Positions 1-10,002 of a stretch of DNA of 64,000 nucleotides are shown here, one piece after another. The position numbers were made by a program, and so were the translations under genes. This DNA comes from a virus, in the IMG/VR virus record IMGVR_UViG_3300031918_000005, positions 64,001-128,000 of that record. One strand, given 5' to 3'. The notes under the pieces are model-generated. The model saw only the letters and a list, made by a program, of their open reading frames with translations. It was not told where the DNA came from and searched no databases. Each line of letters opens with the position of its first letter. The stretch's first letter is position 1.

Positions 1-709
1 TAGTTCCTACAGTTAATGATGTATCAGATTCAACAGATTTTCTGTAAGATATCACATCAAATTTGCCTGAATACTTAAGCATTTTTGGTGTAACATTGAT
101 ATTGTAATCAATTTCTTTATAGCTTATGAATTTTGTATCAAGTACATTGATAAGGTCTTGATATTTATAATTTGTGTTAAGTACGAAGTTATTAAAATAT
201 GTTAATTTGGTTTCGTCACCTTCAGTAATAATCACCTTTCTAGCTATTGCCGATTTTATGTTTTTATCGAAATAATTCTTAAGGCTTACTGGTAAATATG
301 CTTTTGGAGTTACAAAATTTTGATAAACATCATACTGTTCAACATCAAAATTAGCAACACTTGTTGATGCTGTTATAACAACGGTTTTTGGTTCTTGTGG
401 TGTGTTTTGTGCAATTATAATCCTCTTAGTACCATCAGGCATAAGAATTGATGATTCAAGTAAACCTATTGTTGATAAATTGTCAAAATTTTTCTCTATC
501 CTAGCGATAGCTGCAAGTAAATAAGCCATTGATGGTATATCATATGTGCTTGTAGTTTCATCTTCATTTGTATATGTTAAAGTGACATTTTCATTGGATG
601 TGAAAAGCATTTCAGCATACAATTTTATAAGATTTAATCCATTTGCATCACGCCTAACAACTTCCTGAAGATATTTGTCTATACCCCCCTTAGTGATATT
701 TTTACTCAT
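1..709 (-). CDS. Partial (runs off window start) hypothetical protein, probably virion structural
   Basis: Not in ORF track; manual translation from ATG at 709 (MSKNITKGGIDKYLQEVVRRDANGLNLIKLYAEMLF...) is open to the window edge. Confidence 0.6.
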   Translation of the reverse strand, partial: MSKNITKGGIDKYLQEVVRRDANGLNLIKLYAEMLFTSNENVTLTYTNEDETTSTYDIPSMAYLLAAIARIEKNFDNLSTIGLLESSILMPDGTKRIIIAQNTPQEPKTVVITASTSVANFDVEQYDVYQNFVTPKAYLPVSLKNYFDKNIKSAIARKVIITEGDETKLTYFNNFVLNTNYKYQDLINVLDTKFISYKEIDYNINVTPKMLKYSGKFDVISYRKSVESDTSLTVGT

Positions 710-804
710 ATCAATATATTATTTTAATTTCTTTATGTTTTGATTATTTAAATCTAATCCGATTATAATATTTTAAATAAATCAATTACTTAAATGAATT
801 AAAA

Positions 805-1830
805 ATGAACATACTCGTTGATACATCAATTTTATTTAAAGGATTTTGTAATATGTATGGCTCTAATGTCATATTTCTAACTCAAAGAAATGAAAGAGAA
901 GAGATAATTGATAAAGTATTCATAACTATCAATTCGATAATAAGACGATATACAGCAATTGATAGACTTATTTTTTGTGTTGATGATGTTTATACAAAAA
1001 GCTTCAGATATGAATTGCCATATGGTGAATTGTACAAATCAAAGAGATATATTTCAGAGCCAAGATATAATCCTGAATCTTACAAAACAATGATTTTGGA
1101 ATTTTGTGAAAAGCTTGATAAATTGAATGTAAGCCATATAGCTGTTGAAAGTACAGAAGCCGATGATTTGGTTTATTGCTTGAGTAATTTATTATTTGAA
1201 GCTGGTCAATCATCAATCATAATTTCTGCAGATAAAGATTTACAACAACTTGTGAAATATGACGGCAATACTTTTATAGCTATGTATAATTACCAAAAAT
1301 CAAGCACCGCCTTTCATTATGTTTCCAATAATTTCAAATCAAATAATGAAACATCTATTGAGGCGTTATTTGATAATTCTTTATCTTCAATCAATAAAAA
1401 AATCATACTTGAAAGACATGAAAAAATAATTGCTGAAGAATCACTTTTTATAAAAATATTATCAGGTGATTCTTCAGATTGTGTACCAAGTAGCTTCAGA
1501 TATGAAAAAGGTACACAGACAATTAATTACACAGACAAAAGAGCTAAACAATTGTTTGATGCTAAGTATGTTGAATCATTTAATCTTGGTGGTGATATTG
1601 AAACAATATTTTCCGATAAACAAATACTTGGTCAATTAGCCAAGGATATGCTTGAGAGTGTAAAACAAGAAGTTACGATGGAAAAAATATTGGAAATCGT
1701 CAAGAACCTAAGAATCAACAAGAAATATATCAGACTACATCACAGCGAATATCCTAATAACTTATATGATATAATGGAAAGTAGATGTATAGACGAATTA
1801 AACAAAACTAAATCAATAAACTTACCGTAA
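805..1830 (+). CDS. rnh: T4-like RNase H / 5'-3' flap exonuclease
   Basis: NILVD, ELYKSKR, EADDL, IISADKDLQQL and KILSGDSSDCVP are 5'-nuclease (FEN/PolI-N) motifs. Confidence 0.9.
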   Translation: MNILVDTSILFKGFCNMYGSNVIFLTQRNEREEIIDKVFITINSIIRRYTAIDRLIFCVDDVYTKSFRYELPYGELYKSKRYISEPRYNPESYKTMILEFCEKLDKLNVSHIAVESTEADDLVYCLSNLLFEAGQSSIIISADKDLQQLVKYDGNTFIAMYNYQKSSTAFHYVSNNFKSNNETSIEALFDNSLSSINKKIILERHEKIIAEESLFIKILSGDSSDCVPSSFRYEKGTQTINYTDKRAKQLFDAKYVESFNLGGDIETIFSDKQILGQLAKDMLESVKQEVTMEKILEIVKNLRINKKYIRLHHSEYPNNLYDIMESRCIDELNKTKSINLP

Positions 1831-2255
1831 TGGCATTACCTTTAAAAGATTTCTCCGATAAATTGTTCAGTAATGATTATTATGAATCAGTTACAAATGT
1901 TGATAAAAGGTCTAATTTTTTCATGATTTCACGACAAATGTCTTGTAAGTTTCCAATTGAAGCAAGCAGACTTTCAACAATCCATGTCAATAAAGAAAAT
2001 TGTATGGATTTTTGGCATGAGCTGATGATGAAATTATATAATGGTAGAAAACCGTCTTGGCTTTGGACTTTCCCAAACAAAAATAATATAACCGAGATAC
2101 TTGATAAAAAACTTGTTGATAAATTTTCAAAGATAGACAAGGGTATCATTGTCAAATATTGTAAAATATATGAAATAGATCAAGCAAAGCTAAATCTTCT
2201 CAAGAAATTTGATTTTGAAAGACTTATAAACGAACTTGAAATTTTATCACGATAA
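1830..2255 (+). CDS. Hypothetical protein, possibly clamp-loader small subunit (gp62-like)
   Basis: Coupled to rnh; FFMISRQMS..., PSWLW and the helical C-terminus weakly resemble gp62. Confidence 0.4.
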   Translation: MALPLKDFSDKLFSNDYYESVTNVDKRSNFFMISRQMSCKFPIEASRLSTIHVNKENCMDFWHELMMKLYNGRKPSWLWTFPNKNNITEILDKKLVDKFSKIDKGIIVKYCKIYEIDQAKLNLLKKFDFERLINELEILSR

Positions 2256-2264
2256 AATTTCAAC

Positions 2265-2301
2265 AAATACCTGACAACAATAATAAAGCTGTCAGGCATT
2301 T
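2265..2301 (+). terminator. Probable intrinsic terminator
   Basis: cctgaca...tgtcagg stem followed by a T-rich tract, after the 1830-2255 stop. Confidence 0.55.
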
Positions 2302-2328
2302 TTGTGTTTTGTAAATAATTAAAAACTG

Positions 2329-4386
2329 ATGGCAAATCCTTATAGCTCCTTATCGATATTCAATAAAAGTGGTCGTAAGTTAGAACTTACTTATAATGAA
2401 GAATATAATATTCTTCAAGGCGTTATGTATTTGCCTGAAGTTTCCACAGATTTAATAGAAAACGAAACATTATTCATACTTGAAGAAGTTAATGGTGATT
2501 TTTTCAAACCACTTTCATATGGTAATATAGAAGCAAACCTTGTATTAAGTTCTGATTATCAGTTATTTACAGTTGATAATCCATACGAAGAATATCCAAA
2601 ATTAAATTTTATAAGTAAGGCCTCTTTTACAGCTACAGAAATACAAATAAAACAACCTTTAAGAGTTGACTTCGCTGTAACATCATCTGTTGAAAAAGTG
2701 TCAATAGATAAAATTATATTAACAAGTAGTCTTATTGGCAATACAATATGTGAAATCAGTGTATATACAGAAATTATAGGTGAAGATGAAAGACTAACTG
2801 CAAAACTCGCCGACTTTGGTGAATACATCACTGCAAATGAAGAATATATTTTTAGAGATAGTGATATAAAAGAAGAACTCACAGACCATATTTTGTTTAA
2901 TCAAAAGAAAAAAGAATTTATTCTTGAAATGCATAATATTAAACCATATTTTGCATCATATAAAGGCATAATCAATATTCTTAATTTATTTGATTACACT
3001 GATTTAACGCTGAAAGAATATTGGGTTGATGTAAAAACTGGTAAATTTATAGCTGAAGATATAAAATTATATGAAACTGGAATACTTAACAATACAGTAA
3101 GATATAACGAAAAATATAAAAAAACTACATTTTTCGGCCTTTATTATCCTATAAACCATGTTGTTGAAGATGAATTTGATGAAGATGGATTACCAATAGT
3201 TGCTGATAGTTTCATCTTTTCAAACGAAGAAATACTTATTAAATTATTCGGCCTTAAAAATTGGATTAAAAATCGTGAGATTGGCGGAATATCATCAATT
3301 ATAGACATTGTTGGAGAAATAACATATTTCAACAAATATGATATCAATTTTTGGTATGATGACTGGAATTTGATGACTGAATCAATTTCTCAAGATATAT
3401 TAAAATTTTCAATCAATGATTATAATGATGATACACAAATACAATTATTCATAAACAATCTTACAAACCCCGATATAGATTCACCTAGAGCAAAAATTGG
3501 AAATGTTATAAGTTTAAAAAATTTAACATTCAGTGCTAAAATTCAAGACATTGGCGTAACATTTGAGGAATTGACTGAAGCAGTATCAACATATTCCATA
3601 TTTTTCCATAACGCTGATAAATTTAAATATTATCAAATTGAATGGACTGCATTTTTAACAGCAACCAAAGAAATTGTTGATATAAAATATGGTAAAATCG
3701 AAGATTTAAACGAAACAACATTGACATTACCACACGAAGGTGAGTATTCAATACAAATGAAATTGTATAAGTACAATAATGAACCAGCATCCATTACCAA
3801 ACATACAATAATAAAAGTTTCTCCAAGAGGCATTATACCTATTGCATTTTTCAATAGAGTTGATGTTAACAATCCAATAGAGCAAACACCTGAATATATA
3901 GAACTTTTTGATAAATACATACCAATAGAACTTTCTAATTTCAGAAAGATAAAATTTGTTGAAGACGATTTCATGAATTATAACAACCAACAATTCAGGT
4001 TCTTTGGTAATATGCAAATCGATGATATAACAAGACAGACATTCCATGCATATGGTCTTGATTACAATCCTAATGAAAATATACTACCATTTGAGAAAGG
4101 TATCACAGAAATTTGCACAGAAAGAGCTTATATCAACATTTCCGAAGCAGTATTTTTCACTCTTGGAAAATCACCGCTTGCTGGTAAAGTTAATGCTAAT
4201 TGGAAGTTAATTGATTCAAAGGGTGAAACGGTTGTAGAACTTGATAATTGGTTGTACTTCTGTTATACATTTTTCACAGCTGGTAAATATTCTTTGGAAA
4301 TAACAGTTTTTGATAATGTAGGTAACTCAAAAACCCAAATTTTCAACAACTTTATTGTTGTTGAAAAATACAAACTTGATTATTGA
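2329..4386 (+). CDS. Virion structural protein (baseplate-like, PKD/Ig-like C-terminal domains)
   Basis: 685 aa; YTFFTAGKYSLEITVFDNVGN and HEGEYSIQMK PKD-like strands; TAAATAA upstream. Confidence 0.55.
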   Translation: MANPYSSLSIFNKSGRKLELTYNEEYNILQGVMYLPEVSTDLIENETLFILEEVNGDFFKPLSYGNIEANLVLSSDYQLFTVDNPYEEYPKLNFISKASFTATEIQIKQPLRVDFAVTSSVEKVSIDKIILTSSLIGNTICEISVYTEIIGEDERLTAKLADFGEYITANEEYIFRDSDIKEELTDHILFNQKKKEFILEMHNIKPYFASYKGIINILNLFDYTDLTLKEYWVDVKTGKFIAEDIKLYETGILNNTVRYNEKYKKTTFFGLYYPINHVVEDEFDEDGLPIVADSFIFSNEEILIKLFGLKNWIKNREIGGISSIIDIVGEITYFNKYDINFWYDDWNLMTESISQDILKFSINDYNDDTQIQLFINNLTNPDIDSPRAKIGNVISLKNLTFSAKIQDIGVTFEELTEAVSTYSIFFHNADKFKYYQIEWTAFLTATKEIVDIKYGKIEDLNETTLTLPHEGEYSIQMKLYKYNNEPASITKHTIIKVSPRGIIPIAFFNRVDVNNPIEQTPEYIELFDKYIPIELSNFRKIKFVEDDFMNYNNQQFRFFGNMQIDDITRQTFHAYGLDYNPNENILPFEKGITEICTERAYINISEAVFFTLGKSPLAGKVNANWKLIDSKGETVVELDNWLYFCYTFFTAGKYSLEITVFDNVGNSKTQIFNNFIVVEKYKLDY

Positions 4387-4650
4387 TTAAGCTAATTGTT
4401 CCTTATATTTATTTTTTATCTCTTCAAGTGCATTATTGGCTTGGTCGATAATATCTTTAATAGCCTTACCAATTTGTTCTTTAGTATCACCTGAATCTTT
4501 CAAAACTTCATTTTTATCGGATAAAAATTCTTTTCCTATTTCAGTAAAATTTGATTTTACTTCATCAATCATACTTTTGAAATTTCCTTTTATATCAGAA
4601 ATAAATCCTTCATTAGCTGTTTGTGATTCAAATACCTTTAGCTTTTTCAT
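4387..4650 (-). CDS. Small protein with MKKLKVFE leader (putative internal head protein)
   Basis: Likely start at 4650 (MKKLKVFESQTANEGF); helical. Confidence 0.6.
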   Translation of the reverse strand: MKKLKVFESQTANEGFISDIKGNFKSMIDEVKSNFTEIGKEFLSDKNEVLKDSGDTKEQIGKAIKDIIDQANNALEEIKNKYKEQLA

Positions 4651-4972
4651 AATCAAAATATCTAAACCCTTGAAAACCTTTCATGGGTATTGGTTCAACT
4701 TTTGTAAATTCTCCACTCCTGACAACAAATTTACCTCTCCATTTTGTTCCAGTAACGGAACATTCAAAATCTTTTTCCTCAAATCCAACAATGTTCATGT
4801 AGCCAATAACATTATCTTTATAACAAATCCAGCATTTATTACCGATTTGTGATTTCAAAGGCATATTTATAACTTTAAAATTCATGACATTAGAACCATC
4901 TTTTACTAAATCAAGTTCTTTTTGGTATTCTTCCCATTTTGTTTGTTTAGGAAGTGTTACGACTATATCCAT
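4628..4972 (-). CDS. Hypothetical protein (possibly PUA/ASCH-like)
   Basis: 114 aa ORF in operon context; ends PIPMKGFQGFRY. Confidence 0.55.
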   Translation of the reverse strand: MDIVVTLPKQTKWEEYQKELDLVKDGSNVMNFKVINMPLKSQIGNKCWICYKDNVIGYMNIVGFEEKDFECSVTGTKWRGKFVVRSGEFTKVEPIPMKGFQGFRYFDYEKAKGI

Positions 4973-5155
4973 TCAATTATGTTTATTTGCTTGATATGCT
5001 TTAAATCCATCTTCTGCATCTTTTTGGGTGTCATAATCTGCATCCCAAAATTTACCAGTTTTATTAGAAATTATACCCCATTTTCCATTAGGTTTTTTCT
5101 TTACCAAATCATTTTCATTAATTGATTGTGATTCAAATGCCTTTAGCTTTTTCAT
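4973..5155 (-). CDS. Small protein with MKKLKAFE leader
   Basis: 60 aa; shared leader; TAAATAA upstream. Confidence 0.65.
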   Translation of the reverse strand: MKKLKAFESQSINENDLVKKKPNGKWGIISNKTGKFWDADYDTQKDAEDGFKAYQANKHN

Positions 5156-5186
5156 GACGCTTTTAGTTTATTTAATATCCAGCGAA

Positions 5187-5230
5187 TGTCAGAATGCAAG
5201 GAATATATATCGTCTGCAGTATGGGGAATA
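5187..5230 (-). repeat. Dispersed ~42-bp element, copy 1
   Basis: tattccccatactgcagacgatatatattccttgcattctgaca; similar to 16733, 25298 and 56441. Confidence 0.7.
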
Positions 5231-5235
5231 TCTTT

Positions 5236-5955
5236 TTAATATACACCTTTATACGATTTTACTTCTTTAATAGTTCTTTCAGCTATTTTAAGTTCTTTTG
5301 GTATTTTTTTAACACCAGTCATATTTTCATAATATTTTAAGTAAACACTACGAATTCCCATTAAATTTGCTGTTTTTATAAATGGTATAGTGAACGTACA
5401 TATTTTCCACCAATCTTCATAACTTATTATTTGTGGTGGTGATGTAAAAGCATCGTATTTATAAGACCTTATACAATATTCAAATCCGCTATCTTCCAAC
5501 ATTTTTTGCATCATTTCCCAATTAATAGGCAATGTTCTTGTTGGTTGGCCACCTTTTTGTATTTGTTCTATTGATGGCTTTATTATGTCCGCATTGAATA
5601 CTCTTATAATTTGGTCAAGAATCATTATTCTAACTTTCGGAGGAACGAAAGTTAAATTAATTCCAAAAGGGTTAAATTCTCCAGATTTTGTAAATTTTTG
5701 GCCTATTATAAGATTTATTGGTCTGAAAGAAAAAGCTGGAACTCTTGCAAGTAATTTTTCTTCAGGAGTTATCGGATTATACCCAAAGGTATAAATTTTT
5801 CCTGGAATTAGAAATATGTCATTTTTCTTTTCAGGTAGTGAATCATTATTACCAGTCAAATAAGAATCGTAGAACCAACGTTGTGAACGGCTTACAATAG
5901 TTGAATATGGTGTTGATTTCATTTCATTTGTCAACTGTGTTGATATGAGTTCCAT
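5236..5955 (-). CDS. DNA end protector protein (T4 gp2-like)
   Basis: PGKIYTFGYNP, GINLTFVPPKVR, CIRSY and I..EDW match the gp2 motif order. Confidence 0.75.
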   Translation of the reverse strand: MELISTQLTNEMKSTPYSTIVSRSQRWFYDSYLTGNNDSLPEKKNDIFLIPGKIYTFGYNPITPEEKLLARVPAFSFRPINLIIGQKFTKSGEFNPFGINLTFVPPKVRIMILDQIIRVFNADIIKPSIEQIQKGGQPTRTLPINWEMMQKMLEDSGFEYCIRSYKYDAFTSPPQIISYEDWWKICTFTIPFIKTANLMGIRSVYLKYYENMTGVKKIPKELKIAERTIKEVKSYKGVY

Positions 5956-6500
5956 TATGCGACTGTAAATGTTTCATTTTGATTTCTGCTAGAATACCGA
6001 TATTTTGAGAATTTCAATAATTCTATTGAGAAATCCATATCTTTAAATTTCTCAAGATACTTTTTACCAGTATCTTTTTTAAGATATCCTATTGTTATAT
6101 GTGGATTATAATCAGTATATGTAAGTGTTACTGGTAATGTATCGAGTATTGTTTTTCTTAATTTTAATAATTCTTCAGATGGAACAACTGAAATTTTTAA
6201 AACATCATAATTTTCGTTGGTATCAAATATACCAAGTTTACCAAGTTTTAATCTGCCTATATCAGATGGTATAATATTAAAAAACTTCGATAAATGTGTC
6301 AATATGTCAATACCATATACAACAGTTACATGTTGTTCAGTTTCAAGACCATGTTCAGTATTTATATCCGATTTATCTATCTGATTTTGAATTTCTGTTA
6401 TGATTGATATAGGTTTAACATCAATCATAAGACACGCATAATCATAATCAGCTATATTGATTTTACATTTATAGTCTTGCATAATTTTGATAGGTTTCAT
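5955..6500 (-). CDS. 2H phosphoesterase, T4 gp57B/Acb1-like (candidate anti-CBASS)
   Basis: Two HxT motifs: HVTVVYG and YNPHITIGY; YACLM N-terminal strand. Confidence 0.8.
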   Translation of the reverse strand: MKPIKIMQDYKCKINIADYDYACLMIDVKPISIITEIQNQIDKSDINTEHGLETEQHVTVVYGIDILTHLSKFFNIIPSDIGRLKLGKLGIFDTNENYDVLKISVVPSEELLKLRKTILDTLPVTLTYTDYNPHITIGYLKKDTGKKYLEKFKDMDFSIELLKFSKYRYSSRNQNETFTVA

Positions 6501-6528
6501 TACAAAGGTTTCATTATTTACCTATATT

Positions 6529-6567
6529 AAAATCCCACAAAGGCTTAAACAGCAATTGTGGGATTTT
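6529..6567 (-). terminator. Intrinsic terminator hairpin
   Basis: aaaatcccacaa / ttgtgggatttt inverted repeat. Confidence 0.65.
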
Positions 6568-6719
6568 GTTTGTTCTTTCGATGTGACATTTAGCGGTTAA
6601 TCATTTTTAATCGCAAGTCGGAAGCAACCTCTTGGCGTGGTGAGGGTATAAATCGAAGAACTTCGATCGTATTGTAACATTACAAAATTTTATTATCATA
6701 ATAATAAAATAGTTTCATA

Positions 6720-7259
6720 TTATTTTATTGGGTCGGGTGTATCAGAATACTCACTAAATGGTTTATGTTGTTTTATATCATCATAAAGCCAATATTTGAA
6801 ATCTTCTATAGAAATTGGAGTTATACATTTAAAACCTTTCCAATTTTTATCATAATTCTCAAGATATGCCTTTTTAGCATCTTCATGTGAATCATATCCA
6901 AGCATAACCTTAGATTCATCAAATTTTTTGGTTTTTGGATTTATTTGATCAATAACATAAACTTCTTCGCATTCCAAATTTTCACCAACAAACACATCAA
7001 TATGGTCGTCATCTTTACCTTTTGTGTTTCCGAAATATCCATAATGAGATTTCATTGTTGTTTCCCATTTATTACCATCTTCATCAATTCCTGAACGAGT
7101 TGAATCTTTTGGATTTTCAATAGAAATATTCATACCTTGAATTTTAATCTTAGCTTTTTTATAATTACCTGATTTTATTTGTTCTTCAGTAGGATTTGTT
7201 TCTGTTTGTTCGTTTATATCTTTATCAAGATGAGATTCGAATATTTTTAATGGCTTCAT
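6720..7259 (-). CDS. Inorganic-pyrophosphatase-like (polyvalent-protein type) domain protein with MKPLKIFE leader
   Basis: PTEEQIKSGNYKK, ISIENPK, HYGYFGNTKGKDDDHIDVFVG, FDESKVMLG; start reassigned to 7259. Confidence 0.75.
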   Translation of the reverse strand: MKPLKIFESHLDKDINEQTETNPTEEQIKSGNYKKAKIKIQGMNISIENPKDSTRSGIDEDGNKWETTMKSHYGYFGNTKGKDDDHIDVFVGENLECEEVYVIDQINPKTKKFDESKVMLGYDSHEDAKKAYLENYDKNWKGFKCITPISIEDFKYWLYDDIKQHKPFSEYSDTPDPIK

Positions 7260-7263
7260 AGAT

Positions 7264-7617
7264 TTAATTATTACCTTCAATTGCACCAGTTTCTATCAAT
7301 CTTTTAAACGCATACATTGTCATTGTATTACCCGAAACACCATTACAATTTTTTTCAAGACCAGAATCATGATCGCTTATTCTGATTTTAATTGTTGTTT
7401 TACCATTATTAACAAACATATCTGCATAGGTTTTACCCTCGTTAAGTACATTAACAGTTAGCGTTATATATTGTGATAAACCATTTGTTAATGATGTTTG
7501 TATTTTTATGTTGGAAAACCCCATGTCATTAAATATCTTGGTTATTTCATTTTCATGATCAAAATCAGGGTTATATTCTTGCTTTTCAAAGTTTTCAAAT
7601 ATCTTTAGCTTCTTCAT
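7264..7617 (-). CDS. Hypothetical protein with MKKLKIFE leader
   Basis: 117 aa; contains a KIRISDH motif. Confidence 0.65.
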   Translation of the reverse strand: MKKLKIFENFEKQEYNPDFDHENEITKIFNDMGFSNIKIQTSLTNGLSQYITLTVNVLNEGKTYADMFVNNGKTTIKIRISDHDSGLEKNCNGVSGNTMTMYAFKRLIETGAIEGNN

Positions 7618-7637
7618 AAGATATTATATTTTAATAC

Positions 7638-7675
7638 ATTTGTGATATCCAAATCCACATTTGGATATCACAAAT
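7638..7675 (-). terminator. Long hairpin / terminator
   Basis: 17-bp perfect stem atttgtgatatccaaat-ccac-atttggatatcacaaat. Confidence 0.7.
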
Positions 7676-7690
7676 CGGTATATGTTTTTA

Positions 7691-8068
7691 TTATATAACA
7701 AATCCAAGAGTTCTTAACGATGCAATAACAGATGTAAGTTTTTCAGAATCTGTCGTACCTTCTATTGTTGGTTTGTTTGCAGGTGTTATATTACCATCTT
7801 TATCAATAGACGCTTTAATTGATGTACCATCAGGAGAAACCACAAGAACATTTCCAGTTGCTCCAGTAAGTATAATATTATCAGCGATGATTGATTTGTT
7901 TGGTAATGTACCAGTAAGACCAGATAGATTTATGGTTTTCGTTGTCGTATTTAATACATTCAATACTGGATTTAGAGCGTTTTCAATATCCTCAAATGCT
8001 TGATTGATAATCGCAGGTATATCAGATACCTGATTTGTTGATAATAATCTTGTTAATTCTAGTGCCAT
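7691..8068 (-). CDS. Hypothetical, likely structural (tail-fibre/head-decoration-like)
   Basis: Thr/Gly/Asn-rich, ends LRTLGFVI; TAAATAA upstream. Confidence 0.5.
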   Translation of the reverse strand: MALELTRLLSTNQVSDIPAIINQAFEDIENALNPVLNVLNTTTKTINLSGLTGTLPNKSIIADNIILTGATGNVLVVSPDGTSIKASIDKDGNITPANKPTIEGTTDSEKLTSVIASLRTLGFVI

Positions 8069-8135
8069 AATATTTTTGATTATTTATTATTAAAATATTT
8101 AGAAATTCATTTCAAGAATAAAAGGTTTATTAAAA

Positions 8136-8729
8136 TCATTCTGTTTCTTCAGTAGCTGTTTCTGATTTCAAATCTTCAGGTTTTTGTTCAATAGGGAAAT
8201 ATTTTTTCTTTTCACCATCTTCAACAATCAAAAGTAAATTTTTATCTGATAGGTTTTTGGTGTAAAGTTTAATTTCTTGTTCTGTGAATTGATATTCAAC
8301 AAGTTCTTCAGCAGTTATTTCAGAGCAATTATTTTTATAATGTATGTTATAAAGCTGAACAAATGTACTAAATCTATATTTTTGAATACTTTCAATATAA
8401 GATTGTCTTACACCATTTGCATAAGATTTAACTTTTTCAATTGATTCTTCAAATGATGTTCCACTCATGTATTCTTTGTAAGCATATTCTGCATGGCATA
8501 TAATTTTGCCTTGATTATTTTTAAACAATGGTAAGCCATTGGTGATAATTCTACACCATTCTTTCGGTGAAAAAGATTTTTCAACTTCTTTTTCCTCTTT
8601 AGTACCAGCATTGATTTTTTCTTTCCAAGAGATTTTACAATGTTTTTTAGATTTCGAAGTCCAATTTTTCTTTTCTAAATTTTCTTTTCGGATATCCTCT
8701 CTTATTTCTCTATCTTGTGTTGATTCCAT
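8136..8729 (-). CDS. Hypothetical protein
   Basis: 197 aa ORF coupled to upstream gene. Confidence 0.6.
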   Translation of the reverse strand: MESTQDREIREDIRKENLEKKNWTSKSKKHCKISWKEKINAGTKEEKEVEKSFSPKEWCRIITNGLPLFKNNQGKIICHAEYAYKEYMSGTSFEESIEKVKSYANGVRQSYIESIQKYRFSTFVQLYNIHYKNNCSEITAEELVEYQFTEQEIKLYTKNLSDKNLLLIVEDGEKKKYFPIEQKPEDLKSETATEETE

Positions 8730-8961
8730 GTTTTATTTTTTTAATTAAACAACAATTTTTATATTTTTTTCCTGAATTGCAAGGACATTTATCATTCCTT
8801 AATGGTTCTTTTGGTTTTATAATTGGTTTGGGTATTTTATTTTCAGCTTTCGGAGCACATATAGGACAATACCATTTTTTAAATTTCTTCAAATATTTTA
8901 TAGCTGGAGCACCACATATACAACATGATTCATCACATTTCGGGTTTTGATTTTTCTTCAT
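8710..8961 (-). CDS. Small Zn-binding protein with C-terminal SEC-C motif
   Basis: CCICG...YCPIC, then RNDKCPCNSGKKYKNCC. Confidence 0.8.
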   Translation of the reverse strand: MKKNQNPKCDESCCICGAPAIKYLKKFKKWYCPICAPKAENKIPKPIIKPKEPLRNDKCPCNSGKKYKNCCLIKKIKHGINTR

Positions 8962-9698
8962 TAAGAATTTAACGAATGTTTTAAGAATTCTGTTTTGTCA
9001 CCAAGAAAGAATGTATAATTTATTCTTGCAATCCAGTAATCTATTTTATTGATATTTTCAAATATTTTTTTTGTGTCAATGAAATTATTATATGGTTGTT
9101 GTTTTAATGTAAATGTTCTTAATTTATTTTCATATGGATTGAATATTTCACATACTGGAGCAGTACTGATTTCTTTTATTAGGTCTAATTTTTCTGAAGC
9201 AAGTTTTTTCCACATCTTATGCATGTCACAATGATTTATATTTTTCATCTTTATGCAATCAAGAAGAAGATTTTTCTCATCTATATCGATAAAATATTCA
9301 ACCATAGCATTGTTTTGGTTTTGCTTGGTTTTGTAAAATGAATCATTCATCATTTTACGAACACTTTCTATAGATAATAAATTCAAATACTGAACAACAT
9401 GAACATTTTTAACAATTATCGGCATCATGTCATGTACTTCTTCGAAAATGGTTGTTCCATCTTCTGTTATAATAAGTGTTTTATATTTTAGGATTAAAGA
9501 CACTGTTATTTCATTTATTCTATATTTCATTCCTTCAATCTGAACGAAATCTGAAAAAATAAAATGTTCTGCTTGTGGGTACTTTATACCTAATCTTTTA
9601 ATTATTATATCTTTGTTTGGAAACTCATAGTTTGCTACATACACTTCATTTTCTGTAAGTAGCTTATTAAGTTGGAAGATATCTTGGCACATAAGCAT
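8961..9698 (-). CDS. Hypothetical protein
   Basis: 245 aa; TATAAATA upstream. Confidence 0.6.
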   Translation of the reverse strand: MLMCQDIFQLNKLLTENEVYVANYEFPNKDIIIKRLGIKYPQAEHFIFSDFVQIEGMKYRINEITVSLILKYKTLIITEDGTTIFEEVHDMMPIIVKNVHVVQYLNLLSIESVRKMMNDSFYKTKQNQNNAMVEYFIDIDEKNLLLDCIKMKNINHCDMHKMWKKLASEKLDLIKEISTAPVCEIFNPYENKLRTFTLKQQPYNNFIDTKKIFENINKIDYWIARINYTFFLGDKTEFLKHSLNS

Positions 9699-9754
9699 TG
9701 TGTTTTAATTATTTATATATGAAATAATAATTAATGTGTCAATTCAAAAACGGA

Positions 9755-9784
9755 GTTGCCGACAATCCTGAAACTGTCGGCAAC
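9755..9784 (-). terminator. Intrinsic terminator
   Basis: gttgccgaca/tgtcggcaac stem; T-run follows on the minus strand. Confidence 0.65.
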
Positions 9785-10002
9785 CGATGGCTAGTTACAT
9801 ATATAGCCTACCACCTTAAAGAACTTCCGAATTACTTTTTACTTTTCATAAGGAAGTAGTGTATAATAACTCTCGGCTTAAAGCCGATATTCGGGGAAGA
9901 GCATAGAACCATCTTAACAAATTCAATGATTATCATTACACTAAGCAGATTATTTTTATAAAAATAATCTCTACATTTTATTATTGGTTTGTTATTATGG
10001 TG

